Assembly: GCA_964016885.1 (NCBI GenBank)
Contig: OZ024741.1
Coordinates: 58,528,001 to 58,592,000 of the forward strand
DNA length: 64,000 bases
Origin: Eledone cirrhosa
Taxonomy: Eukaryota
Direction of reading: 5' to 3'
The notes below the pieces were generated by a model. It ran no database searches, had not been told where the DNA came from, and saw nothing but the letters and a program-made list of their open reading frames with translations. Positions 1-13,689 of the stretch are shown here, one piece after another. Made by a program: the position numbers and the translations under genes. Position 1 is the first letter of the stretch; every line of letters begins with the position of its first letter.

Positions 1-418
1 ATAAATAAAATCCAATATTTTCTATAAGAAACTTTGATCCAAACACCAGCTTATATATTCTTGATTATTTACAAAAAATATTTGAAAACCATAGGCAATG
101 TAATATTCAGAAAACAGTCCACCACAACATGCTTTGCTCCAAATATTTTTCAAATTTCTGTTTCAGGATATTATCTCTTAAACCTTATCTCTTCTCTCAT
201 TATATACCATTTGATAGAGAGAGCTATGGTAGAGGGTGACAGGAAGTACTCCCACCCCCATTACAAGTCAGCTGTGACTACCCTCATATCTTACAAACTG
301 CACAGTTAACCAATTTGATAACAAACCACCTGAAACCCAGCCATTCTATGATTCAAAATGCTTTTTAAATGTTTAAATTCATCTAAAATCCTTCCATCAT
401 AATTTTATATAAGAAGCT

Positions 419-633
419 TTAATCCTTTAATGTTCAAACCGACCAAAACCGGCCAGAATTCTCTACCTTTTTCTGTTGAAACTGGCTGTAACTGGTCACT
501 CAAACTGATGTTAAGGTATTGTTCTCAAAATAAATACTTTCAAAATCTCATAGATTCGATATTATGTGAGATAAAGCATTTACCATGAAAATATAATAGT
601 ATATATAGAGTAATGTGAATGCTAAAGGGTTAA
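419..633 (+). mobile_element. piggyBac-like MITE family B nested in a family A copy
   Basis: TTAA|tcctttaat...gctaaaggg|TTAA, highly similar to 33466-33691. Confidence 0.8.
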
Positions 634-1107
634 GTTATTCCAAACACCACTCAATATACCAATGTATATATTTGTCTTTTGTTATGTACCAAATACCATC
701 TTAACTCTTTTGATAACAAACCACCTGAAACTACCCCTGGTTCTATGACACAAAACTGTTTATTATAAAGTCTAAACAACTTCCATCATAATTTTAAGAA
801 CTTTTAAGTTATGCTTAAACACCAACTTGAATGAGAAAGTATGTTATATTAGTAAATTACTTCAAGTCCTTAATAATTGTCAAAATTATTTGAAAATCAT
901 TGACAGTGCCTTTCTTACATTAGAATCATGGTAACATAAAGGTTAAATATTTTTTGACTTTCTGCAAAAACCATCATCACTATCATTGCCATCACTACCA
1001 GCATTATCGTCATTATCTAGATTATCACTATAATCTGAATGTAAAAATACAATAGCTGTGAATATATGATTTTTTAAGGCTTCATATATATATGTATATA
1101 TATACGC

Positions 1108-1126
1108 ATGCACACGCGCACGCACA

Positions 1127-1174
<48 letters not shown>

Positions 1175-1189
1175 CACACGCACACGCAC
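1108..1189. repeat. (GCAC)n microsatellite
   Basis: Direct inspection. Confidence 0.95.
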
Positions 1190-3457
1190 CATTTTGACAT
1201 GTGATATGTTTTCTAGAAGCAGATAATTATTAAAGCATTATTGCTCTATATAAACATTTTGGAATTTGATAATTATTGTTTAAGAATTTTTAACTAATTA
1301 CAAAGAAAAATTCAATTCTTTTGTGTTTAAGAGGTCCTTCATTACATATGTAACAACATATCAACTGATAAGACAGCATCCATTTTACCAATTTGCTATT
1401 TCAAAATATACTTTTCATGGCTGTGTGGTTAAAGAGTTAGCTTCACAACCACATGGTTCTGCTGTATGGCACTTTGGGCAAGAGTCGTCTACTATAGTCT
1501 TAGACTAACAAATGCCATGTGAGTGAAATTTGGTTGAAAGCACTTTCAATAATGCACCTTGTTTGGGTTTGTGCCTTAGAAAATAACTTTTTAGGTGCAA
1601 ACCCATGGTCAGTCATAACCAAAGGGAGCTTTAAATGCTGGCATAGACTTCTTGTGACTGAATGGGAACCCTCCATTTTTGAAAATAAGGTAATTCATTC
1701 AATGTTTTAGTTAGGAACATAATGCTATGAATATTGTTGATATAATGATTTCAAACAAGAGCTAATTAAATAAGTGTAAGTGTGGTTGTAGGGTTAAATA
1801 GTTCACTTTTCAGCCACATAGTTTTAGGTTCACTCATACAGCATGGTACCTTAGACAAGTGTTTTTATAGCCTCTGGGTGACCAATGCTTTATGAATGAA
1901 ATTTGGTAGAAGGAAACAACAGAAACTCATTGTATATTTTTTGTGTGTTGTAACTTATTGGTTTGACAAAAAAGGTATCGATAAAATATCAGACTTAAAA
2001 AAGTACATACTGAGGTCAATAATGTTGACGAAATCAAGACAGTGCCCCAGCATGACTGCAGTCTGATAGAGAACCAGTAAAAGAATAAACATTAATACAT
2101 TTTGTTTTCTCAATTAAATATTCCAATGATGAGAATAGTTAATCAGGCACAGATGATAACTGAAAGCATTTTATGGCTGCTTTCAACAATACCTTAATAA
2201 AATTCTAAACTCCATTGACTTTATAAAAAAATATAATGATATATAAATATTACATTTAAAAAATATAATAAAAAATATTCTAGATAAGACTTTTTCTTGA
2301 AAGAAAATAATGAAGAGAAAATTTGTTAGAGATTTGGGTTTGTTCAAATTTATAATCAACAAAACATTTTGCTACTGTATATGTGTGTGCATCATATATG
2401 TAGTAGTGTGTGTATGTATGTATCTGTGTGTGTGTGCATTGCTGTATAATTAAGGAGTATACTTTGCAACCATATTAAAAATAAAAATTTGAATGGATTT
2501 AGTAATATTGCTAAGTTTTTCCTGCCTAAGCTGGTGTTTGGAATATAACTTAAAAGAAAGGGTCTCACATAAAATTATGATAGGTTTTAGATAAATATAA
2601 ACAGTTTAAAATAAAGTTTTGTGTCATAGAACCAAGGGTGGTTTCATGCAGTTTGATATAAAAAGGGTTAAAAACGCAAAAATAATAATTAGTTAATAGA
2701 AAAATTTATTTAGTGAGTTATGTATTACGAATAAATAAAAACAATGTAGATAAACAAGGGAAATGTTTTGCAACTTCTATATTTTATTGTGAAATGTTTC
2801 TTTATCAGTGCACATTTTATTTTTAAATTATAAACCATAATGTTGCTCTTTAAAAATATATTGGTAACTCTCTTTCAGAGTTTGATTTTTACATTTCTGT
2901 TTTGGAAGAGAGTAAAAAAGAACCAAAACACATACACACGTACAGAGGCACACACACACACACACAACATTAAAAAACCTAAACATTTCCATAATCAATG
3001 GCCGAAAGTATTAATGGTGAAAGATATATTTATTTGTATGATCATTCAACCTGTATTTCCTTTAGAAATCAAGCAAAATAATTATTGAAATAAATTGCAA
3101 CATATCAACCATTAATTCTAGAATTTCCTCTTATATTCCTGTTTGTTGTTGAATTGCTTTCTATTATTCTTCAGGGGAAAGTTTCACCATTTTATAGCTC
3201 ATTTCTATGTTTTCCTTTGAGGTGGTGATTTGCTCTCAAATATTATCTCTGAAAAAGAGATATAACTCTGTGGAGACTTGTTTGTTATTACAACTATTGA
3301 CTAGGGAGAAAATATTTTCACTGGAATAAGTAGGTTCATATATAAAAGGGCCTTAGTTGCTGTGAAAGAAATTTTGATTAGCAATAAACTAGTTTTATTT
3401 TCTAATTTTAACCCTTCGCTGCCTTATTTCTATTGAAATACCCACTATTTTGGTTAA

Positions 3458-3649
3458 TTAACTCTCTCTGAAACCACATTATCAAGACATTGAAAACTAT
3501 AAAACAGCACTATAATTGCATCACATTAAAAAAGAAAGTCTTTACAAATTTTCATAATCTGTTCACTAGTAAGGTTTCTATAAACATTTGAATTAACGAA
3601 CCTGCTTTTAGACATTTCTTCTAAATCATTATAGGATGTTAAGAGTTAA
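3458..3649. mobile_element. TTAA-flanked MITE family C nested in a family A copy
   Basis: TTAA|ctct...ggatgttaagag|TTAA. Related copies at 10084-10291 (also inside family A), 48814-49125, about 31775-31981, 15170-15260 and 23400-23495. Confidence 0.7.
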
Positions 3650-3915
3650 TGAAGACATTTTGGGGATTTACTGAAATTATGATTTCATTACTATAATTGA
3701 TAGTAACCTAACATATGGTTCTCATATAAAATTAATGTAAGATTTTAATTTAAATAAGAACCATTGAAAATGGATGGCTTTGTTACATAGAACCAGAGCT
3801 GGTTTTGGCCAGGTTGATTTCATTACAATATTTTCTTGAGAAACACATTGCTTCTGATATTTATGTAATTTTGTAAATAATCAAGAATTTGGAGCAAGGT
3901 AATATAACTTTCTTT

Positions 3916-4097
3916 GATTTGCAGTATCGGTAGAGGGTCGGACGCCATCCTTTTCAGCATAGTTACGTCTCTTTACGATCTGAGTTCAAATCCCACCGAG
4001 GTTGACTTTGCCTTTCATCCTTACGGGGTCGATAAAATAAAGTACCAGTAATGCACTGGGTAATTGCTGGCCTTGTGCCTAAAGTAGAAACAATTAT
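3916..4097 (+). mobile_element. Same young SINE inserted within MITE family A
   Basis: Near-identical body, with MITE A sequence continuing on both sides. Confidence 0.88.
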
Positions 4098-5653
4098 TTA
4101 GCTGGTGGTAGGAGAATAACTTAACAAAGGTTCTTATATAAAAAGTTGATGGTAGAAATATATGATTTGAAATAACAAGTTTTCCACTACTAGTTTTATT
4201 TCCCCTAGAAAAACTTTATCACTTTGTATATATAGCAATGCCAGTTATTGAAGCAGTTAATCAAACACCCTTAGCTCTCTGAAGCTTGCTAATTTATGCA
4301 GTGTGGAATTTATATTTTAATAGTTTCTGAATTATATGTCAATAAATAAATAGACCACATAATTAAGTGGGCTATACTAAAAATGTTTGGTAAATATTTT
4401 CTTAAGGGTTCTAAAATAGATGGATAAAAGGTGTGCAAATTAATTTCAGACATTTATGAGTGAGAATAAATTTATTCTGTCAAAAAATATAGCACAAAAC
4501 ATATATGTGAATTTATGTGGAGGTGCATGGCCTCTAGTGTTAGTGTTGAAATCATCATCAGGTTGTAGTTTCAATTCCCGAACTGGCCTGTGCATTGTGT
4601 TCTTGAGCAAGTCACTTAATTTTATGTTGTTTTTTTTTATGATAGGATTGGAGCTCTTATCAAAACACCTATGAAATGCAACTTCATAGGAGGCCAGCTA
4701 AATTTAAATAGGTCTGAGCTATAATTTTTATGTTTTTTTTTTAAACTTAACTAACATGTAGCACTAAAAGAGTTTGCTAAATATGTTTTTTAGGGTTCTA
4801 AAGGTGTGCAAATTTGGTTTAGACATTTTTATGACAAAGATGAAATATATTCTGTAAAAATACAGCACAAAGAATATATTTCAAACTAATTTCTTCTGCA
4901 TCAATCAGTGAAATGTATAGATTGTATGGAGATATACAAAAATGTTTATGAATATATATATATATAATGTGTGTGTGCATAGGTATATAAAACTTTAAAC
5001 AATTTCTTTTCATATTTTACATTCGTTTGTTTTGTTTTTTTTATTAAGTAAATATGTTTTGTATATTTTGGTGAGATGAATGTTTGTGTATCATGGAGAA
5101 GGTTGGTTGTATTTTTGTTTCATCTGCACTATTTTATTTCAGATATATATTTACAATGTGTATGTGTGTAGTATGTTTGTGTGTATGTGTGTAAGTAAAA
5201 AATGTGTTTTTCTGTAGGTACTAAATATAGAGTATATCAGATAGAATTGACTGAGTAACATACTTTATAACTAGGATGACAAATTGAAAAACATCAGAGA
5301 GAATGCTTTGTTGTATTCATTCCAGCTGTCTGTATTCTGAACTCTAATTCCACCAGGGTAAACTTTGCCTTTCATCCTTTTGAGGTTGATAAAGTACCAT
5401 TCTAGTACTGAGGTCCTTTCTTCTTTTTCTATATCTCTCCTTGTCACCCCATCTCTCTCTCTCTTCTCACAAATCAGCTGTGTTCAAATTTGGTAAGGAA
5501 TGGGCAACATTCCTTGTATTTATAATAGTTTGGTACATAAGACATATATGGTTTTTCATCCACCAAATTTTCAATTAAAAATTGCAGCTTATCTACAAAA
5601 ATATATTGTATATCACAATTTAAAAAATAAAAACATGCTTTCGGATAAAGAAG

Positions 5654-5860
5654 TACAGGGTTGCTCAGTTGGTTGAAGACATTTGCACGAATTTAATAAA
5701 AGACACATAAGTCATGAAAGGAGAGCTTTATTTAAGAAGAAATTGGCATTAATAACCTGGAGACGCTTCATGCATCTACTCAATGAATCCGCAGTTAGCA
5801 TCGATGAGTGCTTCAATGTGAGGTTTAAAATCTCTAAATCATTATGCCCTGCCTTTAAAG
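5654..5860 (-). mobile_element. Right end of a Tc1/mariner (maT/DD37D-like) DNA transposon
   Basis: Terminus TA|CAGGGT at 5654. The minus strand reads FRDFKPHIEALIDANCGFIE* (stop 5776-5778), resembling the FRxRIEAVIxAxGGxIE* C-terminus. Confidence 0.7.
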
Positions 5861-7164
5861 CAATGATTACAGTGTGCCAGTTCTATAAGCAATGTCAAAT
5901 GAAATATACTCTATTTTAATTAATTAATGAAGATAACATATGGTTCTTATGAAATTATGTTGGAAGAGTTTAATTTAAATAGGAACCTTTTAAAATGGGT
6001 GGTTTTGTTTTATAGAACCAAAGCTGGTTTTTGTCTAGCTCGATATCAAAATGTTTAATGAAGAATTTTGAGGGATTTAATAAAATTATTTCATTACTAA
6101 GATAGTAACTTAACATATGATTCTTATATAAGATTATACTGGAAGATAATTTAAAATGGGTGGTTCTGTTTCATTGAACTAAAAGTGGTTTTGGCTGGGT
6201 TGGTATTAAATATTTTGTTTCAGGAAATCTAATTGATTTTGTCTGTGTAGCATAATATTAATGAATTCTGAAAATGTCAAATTTCTGCTTAGGCTGCACA
6301 AAACAGAAAAAATTTACCTTTAATATATTTTGTTTGCAAGATTTTACTGTCCTTAGCCTAAAGGGTTTGATTCCCACTAGGTGACTAATTTGGATATGGT
6401 AAACTTCAGTTTCCAAACTATTTTGTGCTTCTTTGGTGTTTTTGACAAAATTCCTTAAAAACAGTAGCCTCAGGTCATTGAGGAAACTTTGAAGAAGTCC
6501 TTTCTCAAGGGTACAAATGCATTTGTCAGATTTTGTTCCATCACATTCTACATGCTATCCGAAAGCTGTATGGCAAATTACTTCTTCAATGTCATATTTC
6601 ATAAGTGATTGTACTTTGTGTACAATACAACTTTAGTGTAATACGATCCCAGAGTGTATATACATATATATATAATGTGGTTAGCATTAGGAAGGGCATC
6701 CAGCAGAAGAAACCATGCCAGAAACGGTTTTGTATGAGCAATACACAGTTACTTGATCTAACTTATCTCAAATGGGACAACTTGTTTAACCCATGCTAGC
6801 ATCGAAAAATGGATGTTAAATGGTGATGATGATATATATATATACACATATACATATATAGTCATAATAAGGTAGCATCCAGTCCACCCTGTAAGAGGAC
6901 CATGCCGGTGCCACAACAAAAAACATCCAGTCCACTCTGTAAGAGGATCATGCTGGTGCCACAACTAAAAGCATCCAGTCCACTCTGTTTGAGGAGGATT
7001 GTGCTGGTGCTACAATAAAATACACCTTGTACACATTTTTAGGAAAGGCATCCTAAATGGAACGTATGAGCAAGATGTCATTTGACTCATCTTGTCTCAG
7101 AATGTGACAACCTAACAAGTGCCAGCATGGAAAATAGAAATGGTGAAATGATGAAGATTATATA

Positions 7165-7357
7165 TGGATTGGCAGTATCGGTAGAGGGTCGGACGCCATG
7201 CTTTGCAGCAAAGAGTTACGACCCTTTGTGGTCTGAGTTCAAATCCCGCCGAGGTTAACTTTGCCTTTCATCCTTACAGGGTCAATAAAATAAAGTACCA
7301 GTAATACACTGGTTAATTGCTGGCCTTGTGCCAAAAGTAGAAACAATTATTATTATT
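7165..7357 (+). mobile_element. Same young SINE with an (ATT)n tail
   Basis: Near-identical to the 41314 copy. Confidence 0.88.
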
Positions 7358-8434
7358 AGAAACATGTCAAAGCAATTTTTAAAAAGTTGTCTCAGATGTT
7401 TTTCTATTGTAGTATTTTATTAACTTATATTTTTTTCTAACACTAACTTTTAAATTTATCACTACTGATGTATGAATTATTTTATTTCATTACAACAGTA
7501 ATGTAACAAAGAATATTTTTATGTATGCATAATTTAATAAACTAGAAAATAAAAATATTATATTCCTGAGGTTTTATATTTTTAAACCAATTTTGCCCAT
7601 TGATCTAATCAAGAAATAAATCATAAAGTGATGTCTGAAAAATTAACTAGTCTTACAAACATTTTTTTTTTATTTCCAGAAAATATTACTATATTTATCT
7701 TCACTACTTATCATAGATTCTTCATTATTATCATCATTTTAACTCTTAATGTCCTACACCACATGAAAGTGCTTTAGCAAAACGATGTTTAAAAGTACAA
7801 AACGGCACATTGAAAATTAAAGAATTTTTGGGTGCATCTCATCATGGTATAAGGCTATGGAGAAGGTATAATTTTCTTGGGTAGACTGGAGAATCCTTTC
7901 TATGCTATATTGTCTCCATTCCATCACCAATCATTTTACAGTCGTATAATACAGAGCGCTTGTCTGTTGATTGAAGAAGGCACCTGGTTACATGGTAGAA
8001 TAAGGCTAAAACAGCACGACAGATATTGAGTTCATCCTCAGCAAGTTTGAATCAATATCTCCAGTGAATAATAGAAGTGAACAAAAGTATCACTGTTCAC
8101 TCCTTCATTACATCTTTCCTCTACTTATTTCAGTCCTTTCAAGACTGTATTTCTAATTTGCTACAATCTATTTCAATTAATTAATGGAGAATTTTGAAAG
8201 ATTTACTAAAAATAGTATTTCATTAGTAAGATAGTAACTTAACATATTGTTCTATAAAATTATGTTGGAAGATCTTAATTTAAATAGGAACCCATTAAAT
8301 GGAAAGTTTTGTTTCATAAAACCAGAGCTGATTTTCGCTGGGCTGGTAAAAAGGTTATACACATCTGAAAAAGACTTAACTTTTACTGAAATTCATTAAT
8401 AATATAACTATTATCTATAAGTTTTACAGATGGT

Positions 8435-8478
8435 GTGTGTGTTTGTATATGTGTATGGGTGTTCTTGTGTGTGTGTTC

Positions 8479-8518
<40 letters not shown>

Positions 8519-8556
8519 GAACACACACACACAAGAACACCCATACACATATACAA

Positions 8557-8564
<8 letters not shown>
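8435..8564. repeat. Near-perfect palindrome centred on (TA)n
   Basis: gtgtgtgtttgtatatgtgtatgggtgttcttgtgtgtgtgttcatgtg-(ta)n-cacatgaacacacacacacaagaacacccatacacatatacaaacacacac. The arms differ by one CA unit. Confidence 0.95.
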
Positions 8565-8607
<43 letters not shown>

Positions 8608-8771
8608 TGAACATATATATATATATACACATACACACATATATACATGTATGTGTGCTTATATATGTGTATGTAGGTATGTATATATATAATTCATCCA
8701 TTCATTTGACTCAATGTTCCTCTGTCACTTTCTCCCTCACAATATATCTACTTATATGTAAAAATCACAAG

Positions 8772-8802
<31 letters not shown>

Positions 8803-9158
8803 CCCCCCCCCAACTGCTGGTTTTAGCTGTGCAGCAACAACTACAGCAGACAGTCTGCTGCATATCTTCCCAAATACTATCCTCTATTTATGGAATTATT
8901 TACGTCTAGCTATAGTCTCTATTTGATTATTCCTGTTCAAATTTCTAGTTTAGAGCATTGACTTTAAATGATGAGTGCCTTTATCTATTTATTCTTTTAC
9001 TAGTCATACTCACTTGACTGAGGTCATGCTGTGGCACCAACTTAAAAGGATTTAGTTCATCATATAACCTCAGTAATCTTTTTCAAGTTTAGTACTTATT
9101 TTATCAATCTCTTTTTGACAAACTGTTAAGTTATGGGACATAAGCAAACAGTTAACAT

Positions 9159-9159
<1 letters not shown>

Positions 9160-9207
<48 letters not shown>
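9160..9207. repeat. (CA)n(TA)n microsatellite
   Basis: Direct inspection. Confidence 0.95.
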
Positions 9208-11680
9208 ATGTGTGCATGTGGATATCCAGAGAGGACTTAATAAGTGTTGTGTGTGTATTTATATATATGTAGAGAGAGAGAGATGCAAAGTGACATGCAG
9301 TGGGTTTGAACTTGAAATCACATGGTTATGAAGCAAACTCTTATCCACACTGCCTTGTCTCTACATATCAAATTAATTTTTTTAATTTCTACTCTGCAGT
9401 GTAAGAAGATTCTTTCTAGCAACAGTGTTCAATGTAAATATTCAGTTTCATAAAAACCTCATCAATAATTTTAAAAAACAGTTGTGTATTATTGAAAATA
9501 TATTGTTTTGTTCAATTAATTACATCTTAACTTTGCTTTTCATTATCTCATTAACTGTTGATATTAAATGAATGGAAGTAATGTTTAATGAGATGATTAT
9601 AAACACCAGAATTGTCAATACATGTAGTAGAAAACATTGCCAATTAGTATTGTAACAGAGCAGTAAGAAAGTTAAACAGATTTCTAGCTGTGAATTAAAC
9701 TAGAAATGTTTCCAATGATGAGTAATGGTATTAACTTGTAATTCTTGATGATTTTCTAAATACTTTTAATTTGCTTCAAATTACTTTTACTGATTGCTTA
9801 CTATTGTTAAATTAGTCGTATTTCTAGAGATCTACTAATTGAAAATCAATCTTTCTTTTTGCTTCATTTGCTATATATACCTGTGTAAAAGTCAAATTTT
9901 TTAGACATTCTTTTAAAGTTAAATTTCACCCTCCTCCCATTACTATATTTCTAATGAAATACATTGCCTATTTTAAAATAATTTTGAAAAGAATCAAGAA
10001 TTTGGAAGGATTTACTAAAATAATTGGTGTTCGAAGGATAACCTAAAGGTTCTTACATAAAACTACAATGGAAGGTTTTTAGCTTAACACCTTATAACGA
10101 ATTAGCAGAAAATACCTAAAAGCAGGTTTATTAATTTCAAATGTTTATAGTATTTTTACTAGTGGACAGGTTACTGTGAAAATTTGTAGTAAACTAAAGT
10201 TTTTAATGTAATGTAGTTGTAATGCTGTTTTGTACTTTTCAAGAATGTCTTCCTAATGTATTTTCATACTGTACAGGAAGTTAAGAGATAAAATAAACAA
10301 CTTTGTATCATAGAACCTAAGGTGGTTTCAGGTTGTTTAGTATCAAGTTAAGGAGTCAACTATTATATGGATACTATTTTCAGAGCTGAAATTCGCACTG
10401 CAACCCATAATACTGTATCAATATGTAGAAGCCCAAATGGAATCTAAATGAATATAAAAAAGAAACAATGAATTACAATAATATCTATTTCTACACACCA
10501 AAACACACTTCCTACTGCCAAAGCACATCTGTATTTACTCTTATGTCCATCAGAACATAACAGCATAAAAAAACTTCTTTATCGTAACATTTTATGTTCA
10601 GGATAATATCTTGATTCACAAATGTTCATCTGTTGTCCCTGAAGACCTAGGGTTCACTTTTACATGTGATTTGTGGAAAATCCAAAGTTTTTGTTAAAAA
10701 ATAGGTGGTGGGAGCATGTGTGATATTTACATGGGATTGACTGTTACATTGAATATACATCATGTTTTATTTGCATCAAATCGCTTTTACTGATTGTTTA
10801 CCACTGTCAAATTAGTTGTTTTATTATCCAGCCCTTATGTTATGTGAGGGGTTCATCAATGTTGTGATGTCTGTGTTGTTATCTAAAGACAAGGAACCTA
10901 TTGTTTGTTGTGGAAACAGAAACACAAGAGATGAGATTTTGCCAGTAGTAAATACCTTTGCTGCCCTGTAAGATAGAAATAAAAAAAACAGGTCATAACT
11001 AACATTGTTTGTTCAGTAATTTTTTTTTATTTCTTTTCAAACTGTTTATGACAGCTTAGACAGAAATATTTTTCTTAAATAACAAAGAAATGTTTACCTT
11101 TTTTAATTGTTTCATTACCATATTTCTATTAAGACTGCCTACAGTTTTTAAATAATTTTGAAAATAATTAAGAATTTGGAGGGATTTAGTAATATAACTA
11201 ACCTCATTATTAAGCTGGTATTTGGAATATATTTCATTACTGCTGTAGAAATTTTTGAACAAACAAATTCAAAAGGCTGATGTTAAGAATAAGTACATTG
11301 TAAGTAGTGACTAAAAGGGTTGGGTAAAACATCCAGCCATAAAACATTGCCTCACAAAAGACCCTATGTAGAATCATATAGGCCCGCAATGTTAACAGGG
11401 AAAATGACCTTAAAACACTTGTTCCAAGAGCAATGGATTAACTAAATTGTTAGCGTATAAGATTTGTTTTGCAGTATCTCTTCTGAGTATCTGAGTTCAA
11501 ATTTTATCCGTAGTTAACTTCATTTTTCTCTCTTCTAAGGTTGATAAAATAAAGTAATTGTACACAGCTGGTGAATTAGCTGAATTATTAGAGCATTGAG
11601 TGAAATGTTTTGCAGTATCTGTTCTGGATGTCTGCATTCTGTGTTCAAATTCCATACCTTGTGTGAATGTAAAAAATAAT

Positions 11681-11865
11681 TGTTTCTACTTTAGGCACAA
11701 GGCCAGCAATTAACCAGTGCATTACTGGTACTTTATTTTATCGACCCCGTAAGGATGAAAGGCAAAGTCAACCTCGGCGGGATTTGAACTCAGATCGTAA
11801 AGGGACATAACTATGCTGGAAAGCATGGCGTCCGTCCCTCTACCGATACTGCCAATCCACCGCCC
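11681..11865 (-). mobile_element. Full-length young tRNA-derived SINE (Meta-SINE-like central domain)
   Basis: Starts GGGCGGTGGATTGGCAGTATCGGTAG, has B-box GAGTTCAAATCCC and core GCCTTTCATCCTTACGGGGTCGATAAA. Perfect 17-bp TSD tgaatgtaaaaaataat at 11664-11680 and 11866-11882. Confidence 0.9.
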
Positions 11866-13689
11866 TGAATGTAAAAAATAATGGTGACCCAGCATGTTTA
11901 CTTTATCCCCGACACTCTCCAGTTGTGGTACGAAAATGGTATTGTACTATTGTGAAAGCAGTTACACTCTGAGGAGAATATGAAAATGAAAAAAAAAATG
12001 TACTGTTATCTCCTGACTATGCATGTCTAGTTGGCCTTCTATGAGGTTGTATCTCGTAGGTTTCTTGGGTGCTTTAATGACAGGGACTCCTAGTCGTATG
12101 TTATGGTTTCAGCTCACATCTATAGTTTTAGATGGCCCCTTACAAAGTTTCATCTCATTGGAGACTTCTTCAGTGTTTTAAAATACATGCATCAGTCATA
12201 TGATGTTGTTACAGCCCACACATATGCAGGGTTAGCTGGCCTCCTGTGAGATTGCATATCATAGGCATTTTCGTAGGTGTTTTAATGATAGGAGCCTCAG
12301 TCTTATGAAAAGCAACAAGAAATGTTATATACCCCTCAAAAGAACTTCACTGACACAAGTTATCTCTAGTGTGGAAATCTAGACTTTCAGACATGAAAAG
12401 GAGCCTCTTTCAAGCAACTGTTACCTCTGTTATATATCAAAGTAAAGCATAAAAGTCATTTTTTATAGCCTAACTGTAATTAGTTATAAACTAATAACAG
12501 TTTATGTTAAACAAGTTCTGAGTAGATAGAAAATGCTACCTCCAGATTGGCTCAACGAACAAAATGCTACAACCCTTTTGATACTTAACTGCCTGAAACC
12601 AACTCTAATTTTATGATACAAAGCTGTTTATTTTGAAGTGTTTGTTTTACCTTAAACCTTCCATCATAATTTTATGTAAGAACCTTTATTAAGCTATGCT
12701 CTAAACATCAGCTTAATGAGGAATTTAGTTACTAAATTACTCTGAATTCTTGATTATTTTCATTGGAAATATAACAGAAGTGTTCACATTTATCTAAAAA
12801 ATCTTCTATCATAATCTTATGTAAGAACCTTTGTTAAATTACGTTCCAAACACCAGCAAATAATGTGAAAGTTAGTTATATCACTAAATCTCTCTAGCTC
12901 GATTATTTTTATAATTATTTGAAAATAATAGGCTGTGTCTTTCATTAGAAATATAGTAATGAAAAGGTTAATCTACATCTCAGAAAGAGTCAGCTACATA
13001 AAAAAAAGTATGTAGCTACTGTGAAACAAAGGGAGAAATAATATATTTTCTTTTTGAAATACATTTGCTAAACATTTTTCAGAACCAGAAAAGAAAATGA
13101 AAATAAATAACCTATTATTTCTTCATGGCTTTTGGGTATTGGTTAATTTATAAACAGCACATATTCTAATTCTTAACCTGATACATTCCACAAGGAATTG
13201 TGCCCACATTTTCAGCATAGCTTAGGTGGTATTTTATCTTTTCACTTAATTAATCCCAAGACAGTCAGATATAGGAAATAAAGAAGTAGTGTAAATATGT
13301 TAAAATGTATGGCTTCCAGCTGGTTGTTGAGTGGAAAGCTACATAAATGATACTGACCACAGAGAAGTAGAATAGGTATAAGTCACTATTTGGTATGTAT
13401 TAATATTATACATTCCAGTAGAGTTATTGCTATGCACAGTGTAAAGAGATAGTGCTGGTGTCACAATAAAACATACCTCTATGAAGTGGTAGTGCTGGTG
13501 TCCTGATAAAATGCACTAGGTACACTCTGTAAAGTGATAGTGTTTGTGCCACAATAAAATTTACATATACAGTAGCCGATATCATTATCTCTTAACATCC
13601 TATACTTATTTAACAGAAAATATCTAAAAACAACTTTGTGACTCAAATGTTTGTAGTATGGTTACTTGAGGACAGATCACATAGACGAA

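Noticed and set aside
7890-8050. Minus-strand peptide KLAEDELNICRAVLALFYHVTRC, faintly like a DNA-transposon motif
   Set aside because: The similarity is too weak to call without a search.
8383-8774. Cluster of YI/CV/HT-rich ORFs
   Set aside because: These are translations of dinucleotide microsatellites, as are those at 943-1200 and 28683-28973. The ORFs at 39570-39929 and 47659-48015 likewise come from trinucleotide repeats.
10956-10990. Minus-strand acceptor (ttttatttctatcttacag) followed by 10-nt GGCAGCAAAG|gtattt
   Set aside because: The donor is weak, the length is not frame-preserving, and I found no other exons of a minus-strand gene.
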